A stretch of DNA of 64,000 nucleotides from Octopus vulgaris (GCA_951406725.2 OX597835.1:39246001-39310000), one strand, 5' to 3'; shown: positions 38,947-53,589, numbered from the stretch's first letter. Made by a program: numbers and translations. Notes: generated from the sequence alone by a model not told the origin.

Positions 38947-39342
38947 ATATATATGTATGTATATATATACACACACACATACACACACACATACATACAC
39001 GCGCGCGCACATATATTTTTGTTTTCTGTTTGGATGGGGATTAGTGGATATCCTCCCAATTAGAACCAATTTCGATAGAAAAAAATTCGAAGACTCCCTG
39101 AGCAACTTGAACCCACAACTCCTGTAAACATAATAAACGTTCTACCATTGGACAAACGACTTGTTAATTCTTAAAAGTTTGGATCTCACCTGCGATATTC
39201 GAACGCCGTGATTGTTGTAAATTCTTAGGTTATCAGCCGTTACTGTTGGCCATCCACAGCCATACACTGTTATTACACAAACCTCTAAATTACTAGGAGT
39301 CGCAATATGTTTATTTAAGGAGAAAGTATGTAAGACGAGAGA

Positions 39343-39767
39343 GGGATCTTTTCGGTTTGAACGGCAGTTTTTAACATGATTAATTTCTAGGTAACTAAAA
39401 AATTTTAAACTTGGTATACTGGTAGAATGTGTTTATAAAACATCTTTTTCTCTTGGTTTTATTGAGAAAATTCTATAGTTTGTAAGATATTTGTTGTCTT
39501 TTTTTTCTTCAATTTCTGCAATTTCAACCAATCAATGACGTCCATTGAGGTAAAAAAAAAAAACATTCTGTGCCGTATGAATATGTCCCTTGTTTAAGAA
39601 ACGAGGGACATGGGTTTATTTACATTTCTGAAGAAAAAAATACCCTTCCCCCACCCCTAACCCTAAAATAGATTGAAATGTAATAGATCGATACTAGGGT
39701 CATAATTATGGGTGAATTTTCATATGACAGCGCTAGAAAAAACTGCCGTTCAAACCGAAAAGATCCC
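39343..39767. mobile_element. MITE, 425 bp, perfect 30-bp TIRs
   Basis: gggatcttttcggtttgaacggcagttttt ... aaaaactgccgttcaaaccgaaaagatccc, flanked by gagaga on both sides. Internal ccctaaccctaa. Confidence 0.92.
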
Positions 39768-40141
39768 GAGAGAGATTTACTACCATTTCTAGCAGGTCGT
39801 GTAACTGATAAAACTTCCACCTCCACTCGATATTGGTGTTCATTTGTAAGGGAGATAACAAATACTATTTTCGAGCTGCTGGTACTAAAAATTATTTCCC
39901 TTCAAAAATGCAAGAGTTGTCTCCCGTCTTCTAATTTCTCCGTCGTTTCTGTTTCATGTGGGGAAAATGTGTTGTAGATTGTACATGTATTTTTGTGTTG
40001 GCGCATTCGTTTGTGTTTGCATCAGTTGGAATGTCGAGTATGCGAAGAGTAAGATACCACTGACAATGATAATTTTGCAAATCCATTACCCAAGACACAC
40101 TTTCAGCTTTGGACCCATTATTGGGGCAACAGAATACATAC

Positions 40142-40356
40142 CTGTTTCTTTACTACCCACAAGGGGCTAAACATAGAGAGGACAAACAAGGACAGACAAA
40201 CAGATTAAGTCGATTATATCGATCCCGTGCGTAACTGGTACTTATTTAATCGACCCCGAAATGATGAAAGGCAAAGTCGACCTCGGCGGAATTTGAACTC
40301 AGAACATAGCGGCAGACGAAATACCGCTAAGCTAACGTTTCTGCCAGCTCGCCGCC
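40142..40356 (-). mobile_element. SINE family B
   Basis: Matches the consensus with an internal deletion. Confidence 0.88.
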
Positions 40357-40421
40357 TAAACAGAATACATACCAACCCATCTGGAACTAAGCATGGCTGA
40401 ACTTGATTTCTTGGTGAGAGA

Positions 40422-40485
<64 letters not shown>

Positions 40486-40544
40486 ACAACTCTTTAATTC
40501 ACACACTACAAATGATCGCGATATCTGGGACTATGAAAATATAA

Positions 40545-40777
40545 AAGGCGGCGATCTGGCAGTAACGTTAGCATGCCCGGCGAAATGCTTTGTGGTATTT
40601 CGTCTGCCGCTACGTTCTGAGTTCAAATTCCGCCGAGGTCGACTTTGCCTTTCATCCTCTCGGGGTCGATTAAATAAGTACCAGTTACACACTGTGGTTT
40701 ATGTAATCGACTTAATCCGTTTGTCTGTCCTTGTTTGTCCCCTCTATGTTTAACCCCTTGTGGGTAGTAAAGAAATA
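40545..40777 (+). mobile_element. SINE family B, full length, with a 23-bp target-site duplication
   Basis: gatatctgggactatgaaaatat at 40520-40542 and 40778-40800. B box gagttcaaattcc. Central gactttgcctttcatcct..ggggtcgat..aagtaccag domain. Confidence 0.93.
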
Positions 40778-41104
40778 GATATCTGGGACTATGAAAATAT
40801 TTTCCTTCACAACCTTGCAACCAAATAGATAAAGAAATGAAATAGGACCAGTGCGTGTGCTAATTATTGACATAATGACCCTCCTTAGAAAACAACAAAA
40901 TTATATTATATATTTTCTTATAAATTTCAATTGAGATACCACGTATAAAACAGGCGCTGTTCTAATGGGCGAGTGGTTTTGTTTTTTATTAAGCAAGAGT
41001 TCTACTGCAGTGTTCTATCTATGGACCCCTTTAATTTCTATTTTACTTTGTTGGACCTCCGTAGCCATTCGATGCATAAAAAGACTATTACATTTTTATA
41101 ATTA

Positions 41105-41422
41105 GACGTGGCTGTGTGGTAAGATTCTTGCTTCCCAACCACATGGTTCCGGGTTCAGTTCCACTGCGTAGCAATTTGGCCGAGTATCTTCTACTCGAGC
41201 CTTGCGAGTGCATTTGGTTGACGGAAAATGTTTGGACCGCTGAAATCTACAAATTTTAAAAATTCTATCTCGAATTTCTTTTATTCCTTTCTGTCGAAGA
41301 GCGTAGGCTCGAAACGTAAGAGACTTTTCCATTTCTCCAGAGCGTCAAACTAATACACTTGCTTGTTGTTCCTACACCTGTCTTCGTCTTTTGTTTTTCT
41401 ATAAATTTCTTTCAACTGTATA

Positions 41423-41492
<70 letters not shown>

Positions 41493-41690
41493 ACCATCAA
41501 CGCTTAACTATTGTTGGTATGTTTATGTTCCCGTAATTTAGCGGTTCGGCAACAAGATCGATAGAATAGGTACTAGGCTTTAAAAAAAATATGTCCTGAT
41601 GTCGATTTTTCCGATTAAAACCTTTGAAGGCAGTGCTCCAGCATGGCCGCGGTCAAAATGACTGAAACAAGTTAAAGAATAAAAGAATAA
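41105..41690 (+). mobile_element. Old SINE family A with a family C element (41285-41410) nested at its microsatellite
   Basis: SINE head and tail flank the family C motif at 41286-41323. Confidence 0.8.
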
Positions 41691-41860
41691 AATATTATTA
41701 GGAATTGCATCAAAACACAAATTATAATTACGGAGATGTACCTGCATACGGACATCTTTTCTTCCTCCTTATTTTGGTTGACAAAATGTCTTTCGTCATC
41801 ATCTTGGTGATGATAGCAAAAACAATCGGAGATTGAGCAACTGAGCAGAAGGTAGAAAAC

Positions 41861-42260
41861 AGGCGGCGAGCTGGCAGTAACGTTAGCACGCCGGGCGAAA
41901 TGCTTAGCGGTATTTCGTCTGCCATTACGTGCTGAGTTCAAATTTCGCCAAGGTCGACTTTGCCTTTCATCCTTTCGGGGTCGATTAAATAAGTACCAGT
42001 TACGAACTGGGGTCGATGTAATAGACTTAATCCGTGTGTCTGTCCTTGTTTGTCCCTTCTGTGTTTAGCCCCTTGTGGGTAGTAAAGAAATAGGTATTTC
42101 GTCTGCCGTTACGTTCTGAGTTCAAATTCCGCCGAGATCGACTTTGTCTTTCATCCTTTCGGGGTCGATAAATAAAGTACCAGTTTCGCACTGGGGTCGA
42201 TGTAATCAACTTAATCATTTTGTTTGTTCTTGTTTGTCCTCTCTGTGTTTATCCCCTTGT
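41861..42260 (+). mobile_element. SINE family B tandem dimer
   Basis: Second unit starts at ggtatttcgtctg directly after ...gtagtaaagaaata. Confidence 0.9.
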
Positions 42261-42651
42261 AGAAAACATTATGGTTTGGTAACTGTGAGATCTCAGACTC
42301 TCTTCTAAGACACTGCATCATCATCATCATCCAAGGACCATCTTTCCAGGCAAACTTTGCCTTATATTTTCACAGACAAATCAAGGAAATTCTTCAGTTC
42401 CTGGAATGAGTCGGACAGAAATATTGTGCATGAACTGTCAGAGATTTAAGCAGGGTATTAAATTTCCTCACTTAAAAATCAGGCGCAGGCATGGCTGTGT
42501 GGTTAAGATAGTCGCTAAGCATCTATATGGTTTCATGTTCAGTCCCACTGCGCAGCACCATGGACAAGTGTTTTCTACTATAATCCCGGGTCAACCAATG
42601 ACTTGTGAGGGAATTTGGTAGACAAAAACTGAAAGAAACCTGCCATATATG

Positions 42652-42797
<146 letters not shown>

Positions 42798-42930
42798 GTA
42801 AATAGATCGTTAGCCACTACATAAATATTTTTCTCTCCTATGTATGTATGTATATATATATATATATATATGTATGTATATATATGTGTGTATGTCTAGA
42901 TATATGTTCATGTATGTGTATATTTGTGGA

Positions 42931-42996
<66 letters not shown>

Positions 42997-43056
42997 CATA
43001 CATATATACATACATATATACATACATCCATATATACATACATACATATATACATG

Positions 43057-43102
<46 letters not shown>

Positions 43103-43112
43103 CATACATATA

Positions 43113-43410
43113 TATTTCTTTATTGCCCGCAATGGGCTAAACATAGAGGGAACAAACAAGGACAGACAAAGGGATTAAGTCGATTACATCGACTCCAGTG
43201 TGAAACTGGTACTTTATTTATCGACCCCGAAAGGATGAAAGGTAAAGTCGACCTCGGCGGAATTTGAACTCAGAACGTAACGACAGACGAAATACCGCTA
43301 AGCATTTCGCCCGGCGCGCTAAATGCTTAGCGGTATTTCGTCTGTCGTTACGTTCTGAGTTCAAATTCCGCCGAGGTCGACTTTACCTTTCATCCTTTCG
43401 GGGTCGATAA
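43113..43410. mobile_element. SINE family B with a perfect 90-bp fold-back (43218-43307 / 43321-43410)
   Basis: Arms are exact reverse complements and share a private ggtaaag variant. Confidence 0.9.
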
Positions 43411-43448
43411 GGATATATACATACATATATACATACATACATATATAC

Positions 43449-43785
<337 letters not shown>

Positions 43786-43786
43786 T

Positions 43787-43851
<65 letters not shown>

Positions 43852-44103
43852 GTAAAAAGTAAAAGAGTCAAAAGGAAGATTATGTAGAGTTAGGCAGCTT
43901 TTTAATTGCTACAAATGTTTTGATACATACAGATCCTCATATCTACAGGATATAAAATTTAACTTTAAATTAAATTATTTAACGATTTACCTGTATAAGA
44001 AGATCTATATATATCTCCTCAGGCAATACTTAGTAGTTGTCTCCTTAAGAAAATTTAGATTTCCATGCTACAACTGACTATATATATATGTGTGTGTGTG
44101 TGT

Positions 44104-44169
<66 letters not shown>

Positions 44170-44404
44170 CTAGAAACAATGGATACTGGAAACTTTATAA
44201 TCACTACGATCGTTTCGGCACATCCTGCATTGCTCCGTCGCAAGTGGGAAACTCTACAATGAATTACAGCGCATCTCATGGGGAAGAAGCATCTCTTCAG
44301 GTGAAGTAACACAGTTTCTCATTACGTAATTGACGTTTCACTCTTAAGCATAACTAGACCATGTTGATAGTAGTTTATATATACAGTTCGAATTCGGAAG
44401 TTCG

Positions 44405-44692
44405 GAAAGTTGACCTCGGCGGAATTTGAACTCAGAACGTAACAGCAGACAAAATACCTATTTCTTTACTACCCACAAAGGGGCTAAACACAGAGGGGAC
44501 AAACAAGGACAGATAAAGGGATTAAGTCGATTACATCGACCCCAGTGCGTAACTGGTACTTAATTTATCGACCTAGGAAGGATGAAAGGCAAAGTCGACC
44601 TCGGTGGAATTTGAACTCAGAACGTAACGGCAGACGAAATACAGCTAAGCATTTCACCCGGCGTGCTAACGTTTCTGCCAGCTCGCCGCCTT
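44405..44692 (-). mobile_element. SINE family B with a partial second unit
   Basis: Same junction as the 41861 copy. Confidence 0.9.
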
Positions 44693-45147
44693 GTGTGTAA
44701 TACTAACATCCTCGCCCTCTTTGATTGCAGAAAGCTCATTAAATACAACTGGTTTAGAAGAAAATAACAGAAAATATGTCAATGTCAGTAAGACAGCAAC
44801 TTAATCAGGCACAGGTGGTTCCCTCCAGTTCGATAAAAGAAACTTGTCCATGTGTCAGCAGCTATTAAAAATTTCAGATCTCCGAAATAAGCTGTGTGTA
44901 GGAATTGCTGGATCTAAGAAGAATATGATATCTTGAGAAATGCAATTATTATCTGCGGTGAGCAGATGCAACGTATGCGTAGCATAAAGTTGCATTCCCT
45001 AGATCCATTAAGATTGCTTTAAGATACATGATGTATTTTATAAGTACGTCTTTTCAAGTATCATAAATGCACGAAACTGTTAGTAGCTCTTTCGGTTGTG
45101 TATTTAAATTGATATATATATATATATAAATATATATGTATATATAA

Positions 45148-45222
<75 letters not shown>

Positions 45223-45223
45223 A

Positions 45224-45261
<38 letters not shown>

Positions 45262-45499
45262 AATATATTCTTTTATCCCTTTATTTGTTTCAGTCATATT
45301 TGACTACGGCTATGATGGAGCATCGCCTTTAATCGAACGAATCGACCCCAGGACTTATTCTTTGTAAGCCTAATACTTATTGTATCGGTCTCTTTTGCCG
45401 AACCGCTAATACTTTCTTATATATTTTCATATATAATGTGAAAGCATAACAGAGAAATTTGCTTATATTGTTACGAGGTAATATCAACCGTCATATATG

Positions 45500-45539
<40 letters not shown>

Positions 45540-45672
45540 GCACGTTACACACACACAACACACACACTCACACACTCACTCACTCACTCACTCACTCACT
45601 CACTCACTCACTCACATACTCACTCACTCATACACTCACACACACACACCAATTCAAATACACAACTAGTAC

Positions 45673-45943
45673 TGAATTTGAACTCAGAACGTAGCGGCAG
45701 ACAAAATACCTATTTCTTTACTACCCACAAGGGGCTAAACACAGAGGGGACAAACAAGGACAGACAAACGGATTAAGTCGATTATATCGACCCCAGTGCG
45801 TAACTGGTACTTAATTTATCGACCCCGAAAGGATGAAAGGCAAATTCGACCTCGGTGGAATTTGAACTCAGAACGTAGCGACAGACGAAATACGGCTACG
45901 CATTTCACCCGGCGTGCTAACGTTTCTGCCAGCTCGCCGCCTT
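45673..45943 (-). mobile_element. SINE family B with a partial second unit
   Basis: Same junction as the 41861 copy. Confidence 0.9.
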
Positions 45944-46288
45944 AAATTTAGCTATTCTCACATCTACTGACCGTATTTCTCTAAGCAGTTCTTTCTAATT
46001 TTTGCACAAGGCTCACAATTTTAGGAGATGCTACAAGTCGATTATATCAATCCCATTGCTCAACTGATACTCGTTTAATCGACACCGAAAGAATGAAAGG
46101 AAAATTTGGTTTCGGCAGCATTTTCTCTCATAGCCGGAAGAAACGCCGCTAAGCATTTAGTCCGGTGCGGTAATGTTCTGCCATCTCACCGCCTCGGTAA
46201 CGATTTTGCTGTGTCGCCGCCTTGTTAACAACTCTGCCATCTCACCACCTTAGTGATGATTCTGCTAGTTCGCTTCTTTAAATAATAT

Positions 46289-46732
46289 TATGTGAAAGGC
46301 CTCTCCGAAAAAATAGAAAAGATATGACATCAGGGCAGTATTCAAGAGTAATACAACACTTCGCAAATATCTCCGAGTAAAACCACCAATAGAAGAGAAT
46401 ATGGCCGAAGACTGCGTATACTCCATCCCATGCAGCTGTGGTAGGTTATACAAAGGCGAAACATGCCGCCCCCTCATAATAAGGGTAGACGAACATCACG
46501 AGGAGAAATTGATAAATCGGGTATAGCTGATCATGTATGGAAAACTGGAGATAACCTCTCCCTTTGGGGTGAAGTTAAAATAATAGACAGAGAACACCAC
46601 TGGAAAATACGAAAACTAAAAGAAGCAGCACATATGCTAGGACACAACAACCCCCTAAGCAGACCGAGAGCAGATATGAACAGCATATGGGAACCGGTAT
46701 TAAGGAAGGATAGAAGAATATTGGATTTATAA
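46289..46732 (+). pseudogene. Penelope/Poseidon-type PLE linker plus GIY-YIG endonuclease, frameshifted
   Basis: YVKGLSEKI, FKSNTTLRKYL, DCVYSIPCSCGRLYKGETCRPL..R..EH, KSGIADHVW, RKLKEAAH and NSIWEPVL. Confidence 0.88.
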
Positions 46733-46761
46733 TCCCTAAAATTCACTCCATAATAACGCAC

Positions 46762-46826
46762 GGGGCATATGGCGTAGTGGTCAAAAGCGCGGGCTATTAA
46801 CCCCAAGATTCCGAGTTCAATTCCAG
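46762..46826 (+). promoter_or_regulatory. tRNA-like segment with Pol III A and B boxes inside the PLE 3' region
   Basis: ggggcata TGGCGTAGTGG tcaaaagc gcggg ctattaa cccc aagattcc GAGTTCAATTCC. No complete acceptor stem. Confidence 0.65.
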
Positions 46827-46829
46827 TGA

Positions 46830-46876
<47 letters not shown>

Positions 46877-47489
46877 GCAACAACACCTTAGGAAGGAGAA
46901 CCCTGGTTCGAAATTTCCCCAAGACATTTAATGAAGGCTGGAGGGTATATCAGCCGAAACACTGAGTTAACAACAAAGATGAGGACAAATATCCGTCAAT
47001 TGTAAATAATGTACATAATTCCTCATCTTTTAAATATAGAACTCTAAATAATATTGTCTGTTTATTTGTATGTATTTGCAACTGGGACTCGAGGCAGAAC
47101 CATGTCTAAGGCATCTGGTCAAAGGAAATCTGCTCAACAAATTTCCAAGCATGGAAAAATTGAACATTAAAACAATGATGATGAAGATGAAGAATTTAGT
47201 ATACCAACTTTGTCTTTATTAAGCTGGTATTCGGAACGTAAATTAACATGAAATTTTAATTGATGGTTTGAATTTAGATCGCTAAAGCTTGTATCAAAGA
47301 ACCAGGATCTCTTACAGGTTGATATCGAAACAGTTACCAAAACGGAACTGACTTATAATGATACATTTCTAGTTTTGCTTTGACGGGATTTGTGGGGCTG
47401 TAACCCCTAATTGATCAATAACAACCCTATCTCATTTCAATATTGTAGTGTGTCCTTCCTTTTCTTTTGAAATAACCAGAAGTGATTTG

Positions 47490-47555
47490 AAGGTGGTGGT
47501 TGTGGTGGTGGTGGTGGTGGTCGTCGTCGTGGTAGTGGTCGTGGTCGTGGTCGTG

Positions 47556-47590
<35 letters not shown>

Positions 47591-47675
47591 GGTCGTCGTC
47601 GTCGTTGTGGTCGTGGTGGTGGTGGTCGTTGTCGTCGTCGTGGTGATGGTGGTCGTGGTCGTGGTGGTCGTGGTG
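47490..47675. repeat. (GTG/GTC)n trinucleotide tract
   Basis: Direct inspection. Confidence 0.95.
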
Positions 47676-47916
47676 GAGGAGGAGAGGGGAGAGTAGGAAG
47701 AGGGGGAGGAGACGAGGGGCGCAGGACGACGATGATGATGATGATGACCATGTTGATGCTTATAGCCAGATCGTCTCTGATCCGTCAGATCAATAATCAA
47801 AACCACTCGAGTTACTACTACCAATCATACGACGACGAGTGTTGCAGTTAATCTGATTAACGGAACAGCTTACTCGTCAAATTAGCGTGAATGTGGCTGA
47901 GTATTCCACAGACATA

Positions 47917-48322
47917 GGCGTAGGAGTGGGTGTGTGGTAAGTAGCTTGCTTACCAACCACATAGTTCTGGGTTCATTCCCACTGCGTAGCACCTTGGGCA
48001 AGTGTCTTCTACTATAGCCTCGGGCCGACCAAAGCCTTGTGAGTGGATCTGGTAAACGGAAACTGAAAGAAGCCCGTCGCATATATGTATATATATGTGT
48101 GTATTTGTGTGTCTGTGTTTGTTCCCCTAGCATTGCTTGACAACCAATGCTGGTGTGTTTATGTCCCCGTCACTTAGCGGTTCGGCAAAAGAGACCGATA
48201 GAATAAGTACTAGGCTTACAAAGAATAAGTCCTGTTGTCGATTTGCTCGACTAAAAGGTGGTACTCCAGCATGGCCACAGTCAAATTACTGAATCAATAA
48301 AATAGTAAAAAGAGAGTAAAGA
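47917..48322 (+). mobile_element. SINE family A nested in a family D SINE
   Basis: Matches the consensus. Family D halves lie on both sides. Confidence 0.9.
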
Positions 48323-48629
48323 GACAAATTTACCTTTTACGTGGTTCTCAGACAGATTCAGTGTAACACAGAAAGTGACGAAACAGGCCATTTTTGAGTT
48401 ACAGGCAGAACTCATTTTTGCCAGCTGAGTAGACTGGAGCAAAATGAATTAAAGTGCATTGCCCGAAGTTCACAGCGCGTCACTGGGAATCGAACTCACG
48501 ACGAATATCTCGGATACATTAACTAATGTGACGTTCCTTTTTTTAAAGACGTTAACGTGTGATTTGAGGAAAATTTTGCTGTTATTTCAATCAAAGGCTG
48601 CATAGCGCCTCTTCTCTACCTCCCACTCA

Positions 48630-48928
48630 TTATCTCTCTCCTTCCTTATATATCTCTCTCCTTCCTTTCATCTCTCTCTCCTTCCTTACATCTATCTCTC
48701 CCTCCTTTCATCTCTCTCTCCTTCCTTATATATCTCTCTCCTTCCTTTCATCTCTCTCTCCTTCCTTACATCTATCTCTCCCTCCTTTCATCTCTCTCTC
48801 CTTCCTTATATATCTCTCTCCTTCCTTACATCTCTCTCTCCTTCCTTGCATCTCTCTCTCCATCCTTACATCTCTCTCTCCTTCCTTACATCTCTCTCTC
48901 CCGCCTTTCATCTCTCTCTCCTTCCTTA

Positions 48929-48972
<44 letters not shown>

Positions 48973-48975
48973 TCC
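48630..48975. repeat. 20-bp polypyrimidine minisatellite (atctctctctccttccttac)
   Basis: About 15 tandem units. Confidence 0.92.
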
Positions 48976-49701
48976 TCCTCCAATATTGAGTGTAGCATTG
49001 ATATGTTTACTCACAATGTTAGACAGGTAAGTTAAATTAACTTGCCGTGCAGCGAGGCGGAATCGAAACCGAATGGGTCACAGTCGTGCGTCGGCATAAA
49101 TTAGTTTACCTCATGTTCTACATACAACACTTGCCCTACTTTCCAGCATGAAGAACCAAATACATATAAAAAGAACGAAAAAGAAAACTAAAACATAAAC
49201 AAATATCAAATAAACCATAAAAGCCCAAGATAATTATTGCATTTCTTTTTAAAAGATAAAAAAGACAAACAAGAAACAGCAAAGACAAAAGAGAGAGCCG
49301 AAAGCATCGCCATATTTTCACACTCGTCTCATTAGCTAGTTAATGGAGGACTGAATGTAAAACAAACATAAAATAAAGCGAAAAGAAACGAACAGTGGCG
49401 GTTGTATAGAATGACAGCAGCATTCTCCCTTTTCATCAAAATAATCTTGGGAAAAGCTCGCAAAGTCATTCATTCAGCCATTTATATTTACGATTTGATT
49501 GACGCTTGTGAGACACATAACACCGCAATTCAACATGGCTGACAAAGTCGTCTGCTCTCTCTATCACCGCTCATTTCGTATCGTTTTCCGCCGTTCGCAG
49601 TTTTCAAGACACAAACATTTGAAGAGAAAAGATACCTCTGTTGTTGATGTTGTTGTTGTTGCTATTGTTCATCATCATCATCATCATCATCAACTTTTTC
49701 T

Positions 49702-49736
<35 letters not shown>

Positions 49737-50345
49737 TTCCTCTTCTTCTTCTTCGTCTTCTTTTTCTTCTTTGTCCTATTGACTATTACAGATTTTTAGT
49801 ATGTCTACGCGAACACACCCACACACACATATATATACATATATACATACATATGCATATATTTACATATATGCATTTGTATGTATGCATGTATATATAC
49901 ATATACATACATATATATAACTATATTTACATACATATATACATGCATAAAACATACCTATATACACCACCGTGTGTATGTGTGTGTGTGAATGCATGTG
50001 TATGTGTATGTACATGCCACATTGTATATTACAACTGAAACTTTTAATTAGCGGAGGAAAGTTCTTGTTGCGTTTATGACTATTATTACTGTTGTTCTTG
50101 TTGTTGTTGTTACTGTCGATAGTTTCTTCCCTTTACTTCTCTCCCACTTTTGCCTTTCTCTCTCTTTTCCCTCTTCCTCTTCTTTATTGCTTCTCTTCCT
50201 CCTCCTTCCCCTCACCTCACACCTTGTACACTAGCGAGTTCATACAACGGTACTTATCACATGTGCATTAATTTCATCAGTCCAAGGTGCCCCCCCACTC
50301 TTTTTCTCTTTCTCCTTTTCTCTCTTCCTCTATATCTATCTCTCT

Positions 50346-50398
<53 letters not shown>

Positions 50399-50656
50399 TA
50401 GATGTGTGTGTGTTTCCATGTCTATATTTTTCTGTCTGTTGAACTGACTCGCTCTCCGAGGACCTCTCTTTGTCTGTCTTTAACAGGTACGGGCCTCTCT
50501 CCCTCTCTCTCTCCCTTTCTCTTCCTTCTCTCCCTTCTCTCCCATCTCTCCCCCATTTCGCTCTCTCTCCTTCTGGGTATCTTTAATAGTCTTGGCCCCT
50601 CTTCTCTCACTCTCATTCTCTCTCACATTCACTCTCTCTTCCTCTCCTTCTTTCTC

Positions 50657-50689
<33 letters not shown>

Positions 50690-51464
50690 TCCTCTCCTTC
50701 TTTCTCTCTCTTTCTTTCTCTCTCCCTCTCTCTCTTTCTCTGACTACCTTTAATAATCTTGATCCCTCATCTCTTATTCTCATTCTCTCTCACACATTCA
50801 CACTCTCTTTCTCTCCCATTCTCTCTCTCTTTTATGCCCCTCCCTTCCTTCCTTCCTTCCTCCCTCTCTCTCTCTCTCTTTCAATCTCTTTGTTACACAT
50901 GCAGATATAGTTTCACTTTCACCGCCAAAATCTCATAAACTTTGTTACCGTTAAATTCACCCCACCTCCGTAGCCACTTCCACTTCTACCACTTCTACCT
51001 CCACAAACACTACTCTTACCGCCACCTTCATTAACACAGTTATCAATCCCCTAAAACCGTTAACATGAGCCAACAAGAGAGAGAGAGAGACCAAGTGCGG
51101 TCACTCAACCTCCTAGAAATAGCAGTCAAATCACAATCTACCGTCCTAACAATGGCACATACTGGGTAATCTGCTATAGTAAACTTAAGGAGAAATTGTT
51201 GTATACTAAAATAAAGGCTAACCATCCTCCAATCATCTTTAAAAATTTAGTCATTGGCGTATAGGCGTGACTGAATGATAAGAAGTATTTTCCCAACCAC
51301 ATGGTTCCGGGTTCAGTGCGAATGCGTGGGACCTAGGGCAAGTGTCTTCTTCTATAGCCTCGGACTGATTAAAGGTTTGTATGTGGATTTGATGAACGGA
51401 AACTAAACGAAGCCTAGATAGATAGATAGATAGATAGATAGATACATACATACATACATACATA

Positions 51465-51757
51465 CAGTGGTTAGAGCAGCAGACTCGCGGTCGAGGGATC
51501 ATGGGTTCGAATCTCACACCGGGTGATGCGTATGTTTATGAGCGAAACACCTAAAATCCACGTGGCTCCGGCAGAAGGTAATGGCGAAACTTCTGCTGAC
51601 TCTTTCGCCACAACTTTCTCTCACTCTTTCCTCCTGCATCTTGCAGCTCACCTGCGACGAACCGGCGTCCCATCCAGGTGGGGAACCTATACGCCAAGGA
51701 AACCGGGAAACTGGCCCTTATGAGCCAGGTATGGCTTGAGAAGGAACAAACAAAACA
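51465..51757 (+). mobile_element. tRNA-Arg-like SINE family E
   Basis: agtggttagagcagcagac TCG cggtc..ggttcgaatc. Shares head and gagcgaaacacctaaaa..ggctccggcag with the 63575 copy. Confidence 0.78.
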
Positions 51758-52030
51758 TATAAAAGAGCAAAAAGTCTCCTTCTCGAGCTATGCCGATTCA
51801 CAAGGGCCGGTTTGCCGGCGTATATATTCACACCTGGACGGAACGGCGGTCAGTCGCAGGATTACACATTTTTGCCAGCTGAGAGAACTGGAGCCACGAG
51901 AAATTTGAGTCTTTTGCTCCAGAACACAACGCGTCGCCCGGTCTAGGAATCGAAACCACAATCTTACGATCATGAATCCAATACTCTAAACACTAAGCGA
52001 CGTGCCTCCACTTACAAAGTAACATTGAAT

Positions 52031-52468
<438 letters not shown>

Positions 52469-52762
52469 CCCAAAAGCAGTAAACGACATGGTACAATCGT
52501 CTTCATAGGGAGGATTGTACCATGTCTCTCTAATATTATCAAGATTTTCCTATTTGCAAACATTTCATCAGTAGCCAGTATAAACCAAAGAAAGTTTTCC
52601 AATTCGAAATGGAAAAATTTCTTGTGTTTACACTGGTTATAAAATATAGCCTCTGTTTGATGAATGAAATAATGTCTTGTTTAATGAAATAATGTCTGGC
52701 GAATGAAATAATGTCTTGAGAATGAAATAATTTCTTGTGAATGAAATAATGTCTGGCGAATG

Positions 52763-52990
52763 AAGGCGGCGAGCTGACAAACACGTTAACGCGCCGGGCA
52801 AATTGCTTAGCGGTATTTCGTCTGTCGTTACGTTCTGAGTTCAAATTAACCGAGGTCGACTTTGCCTTTCATCCTTTCGGGGTCGATAAATTAAGTACCA
52901 GTTATGCACGGGGGTCGATATAATCGACTTAATCCGGTTGTCTGTCCTTGTTCGTCCTCTCTGTGTTTAGCCCCTTGTGGGTAGTAATGA
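52763..52990 (+). mobile_element. SINE family B inserted in a short tandem array of about 20 bp (gaatgaaataatgtctg)
   Basis: Array units lie at 52661-52763 and 52995-53023. Confidence 0.88.
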
Positions 52991-53229
52991 ACAAGAAATA
53001 ATGTCTGGTGAATGAAATAATGTGGTAGCCATAAACTGTGCGGAAGGTTGTCGTGTGGACGGGTTTTGAGAACCACCTTGTGGCACTTAGTGAACCCTTA
53101 CTGAATAGCAAAGGCAGAAAAGTGTACACGGCGTGTATACAGAACACTGAAGGTCATCATGAGATTAACATATAGTCTGAGTGTAATAGCTGTTCCGTGT
53201 GAACCAAGGAAGGCTGAAATAAATACTGC

Positions 53230-53403
53230 CTTGAAGAACTTTTGGTCAACTGAATGAATCAAACCTAGAACTTAAAACCTGCTTCTTATTCTATCAGTCT
53301 GTTTCGCCTAACCATTAAGCTACGGGGACGTAAACACACCAACACCGGTTGTCAAGCGGTGGTGGGGATAAACACAGACACAAAGATACACACACACTCA
53401 CAC

Positions 53404-53438
<35 letters not shown>

Positions 53439-53439
53439 T

Positions 53440-53480
<41 letters not shown>

Positions 53481-53589
53481 TACACATATATATATGTATA
53501 TACGATGGGCTTTCAGTTTCCGTCTCTCAAATCCATGCACAAAGTTTTGGTCGGCCTGAAGTTTTAGTGGAAGACACTTGCCGAAAGTG
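53230..53589 (-). mobile_element. SINE family A, inverted duplicate of the 53960-54740 copy
   Basis: Shared private variants. Confidence 0.85.

Noticed and set aside
46762-46826. Functional tRNA gene
   Set aside because: No 3' acceptor strand or terminator. SINE heads elsewhere are likewise only tRNA-derived.
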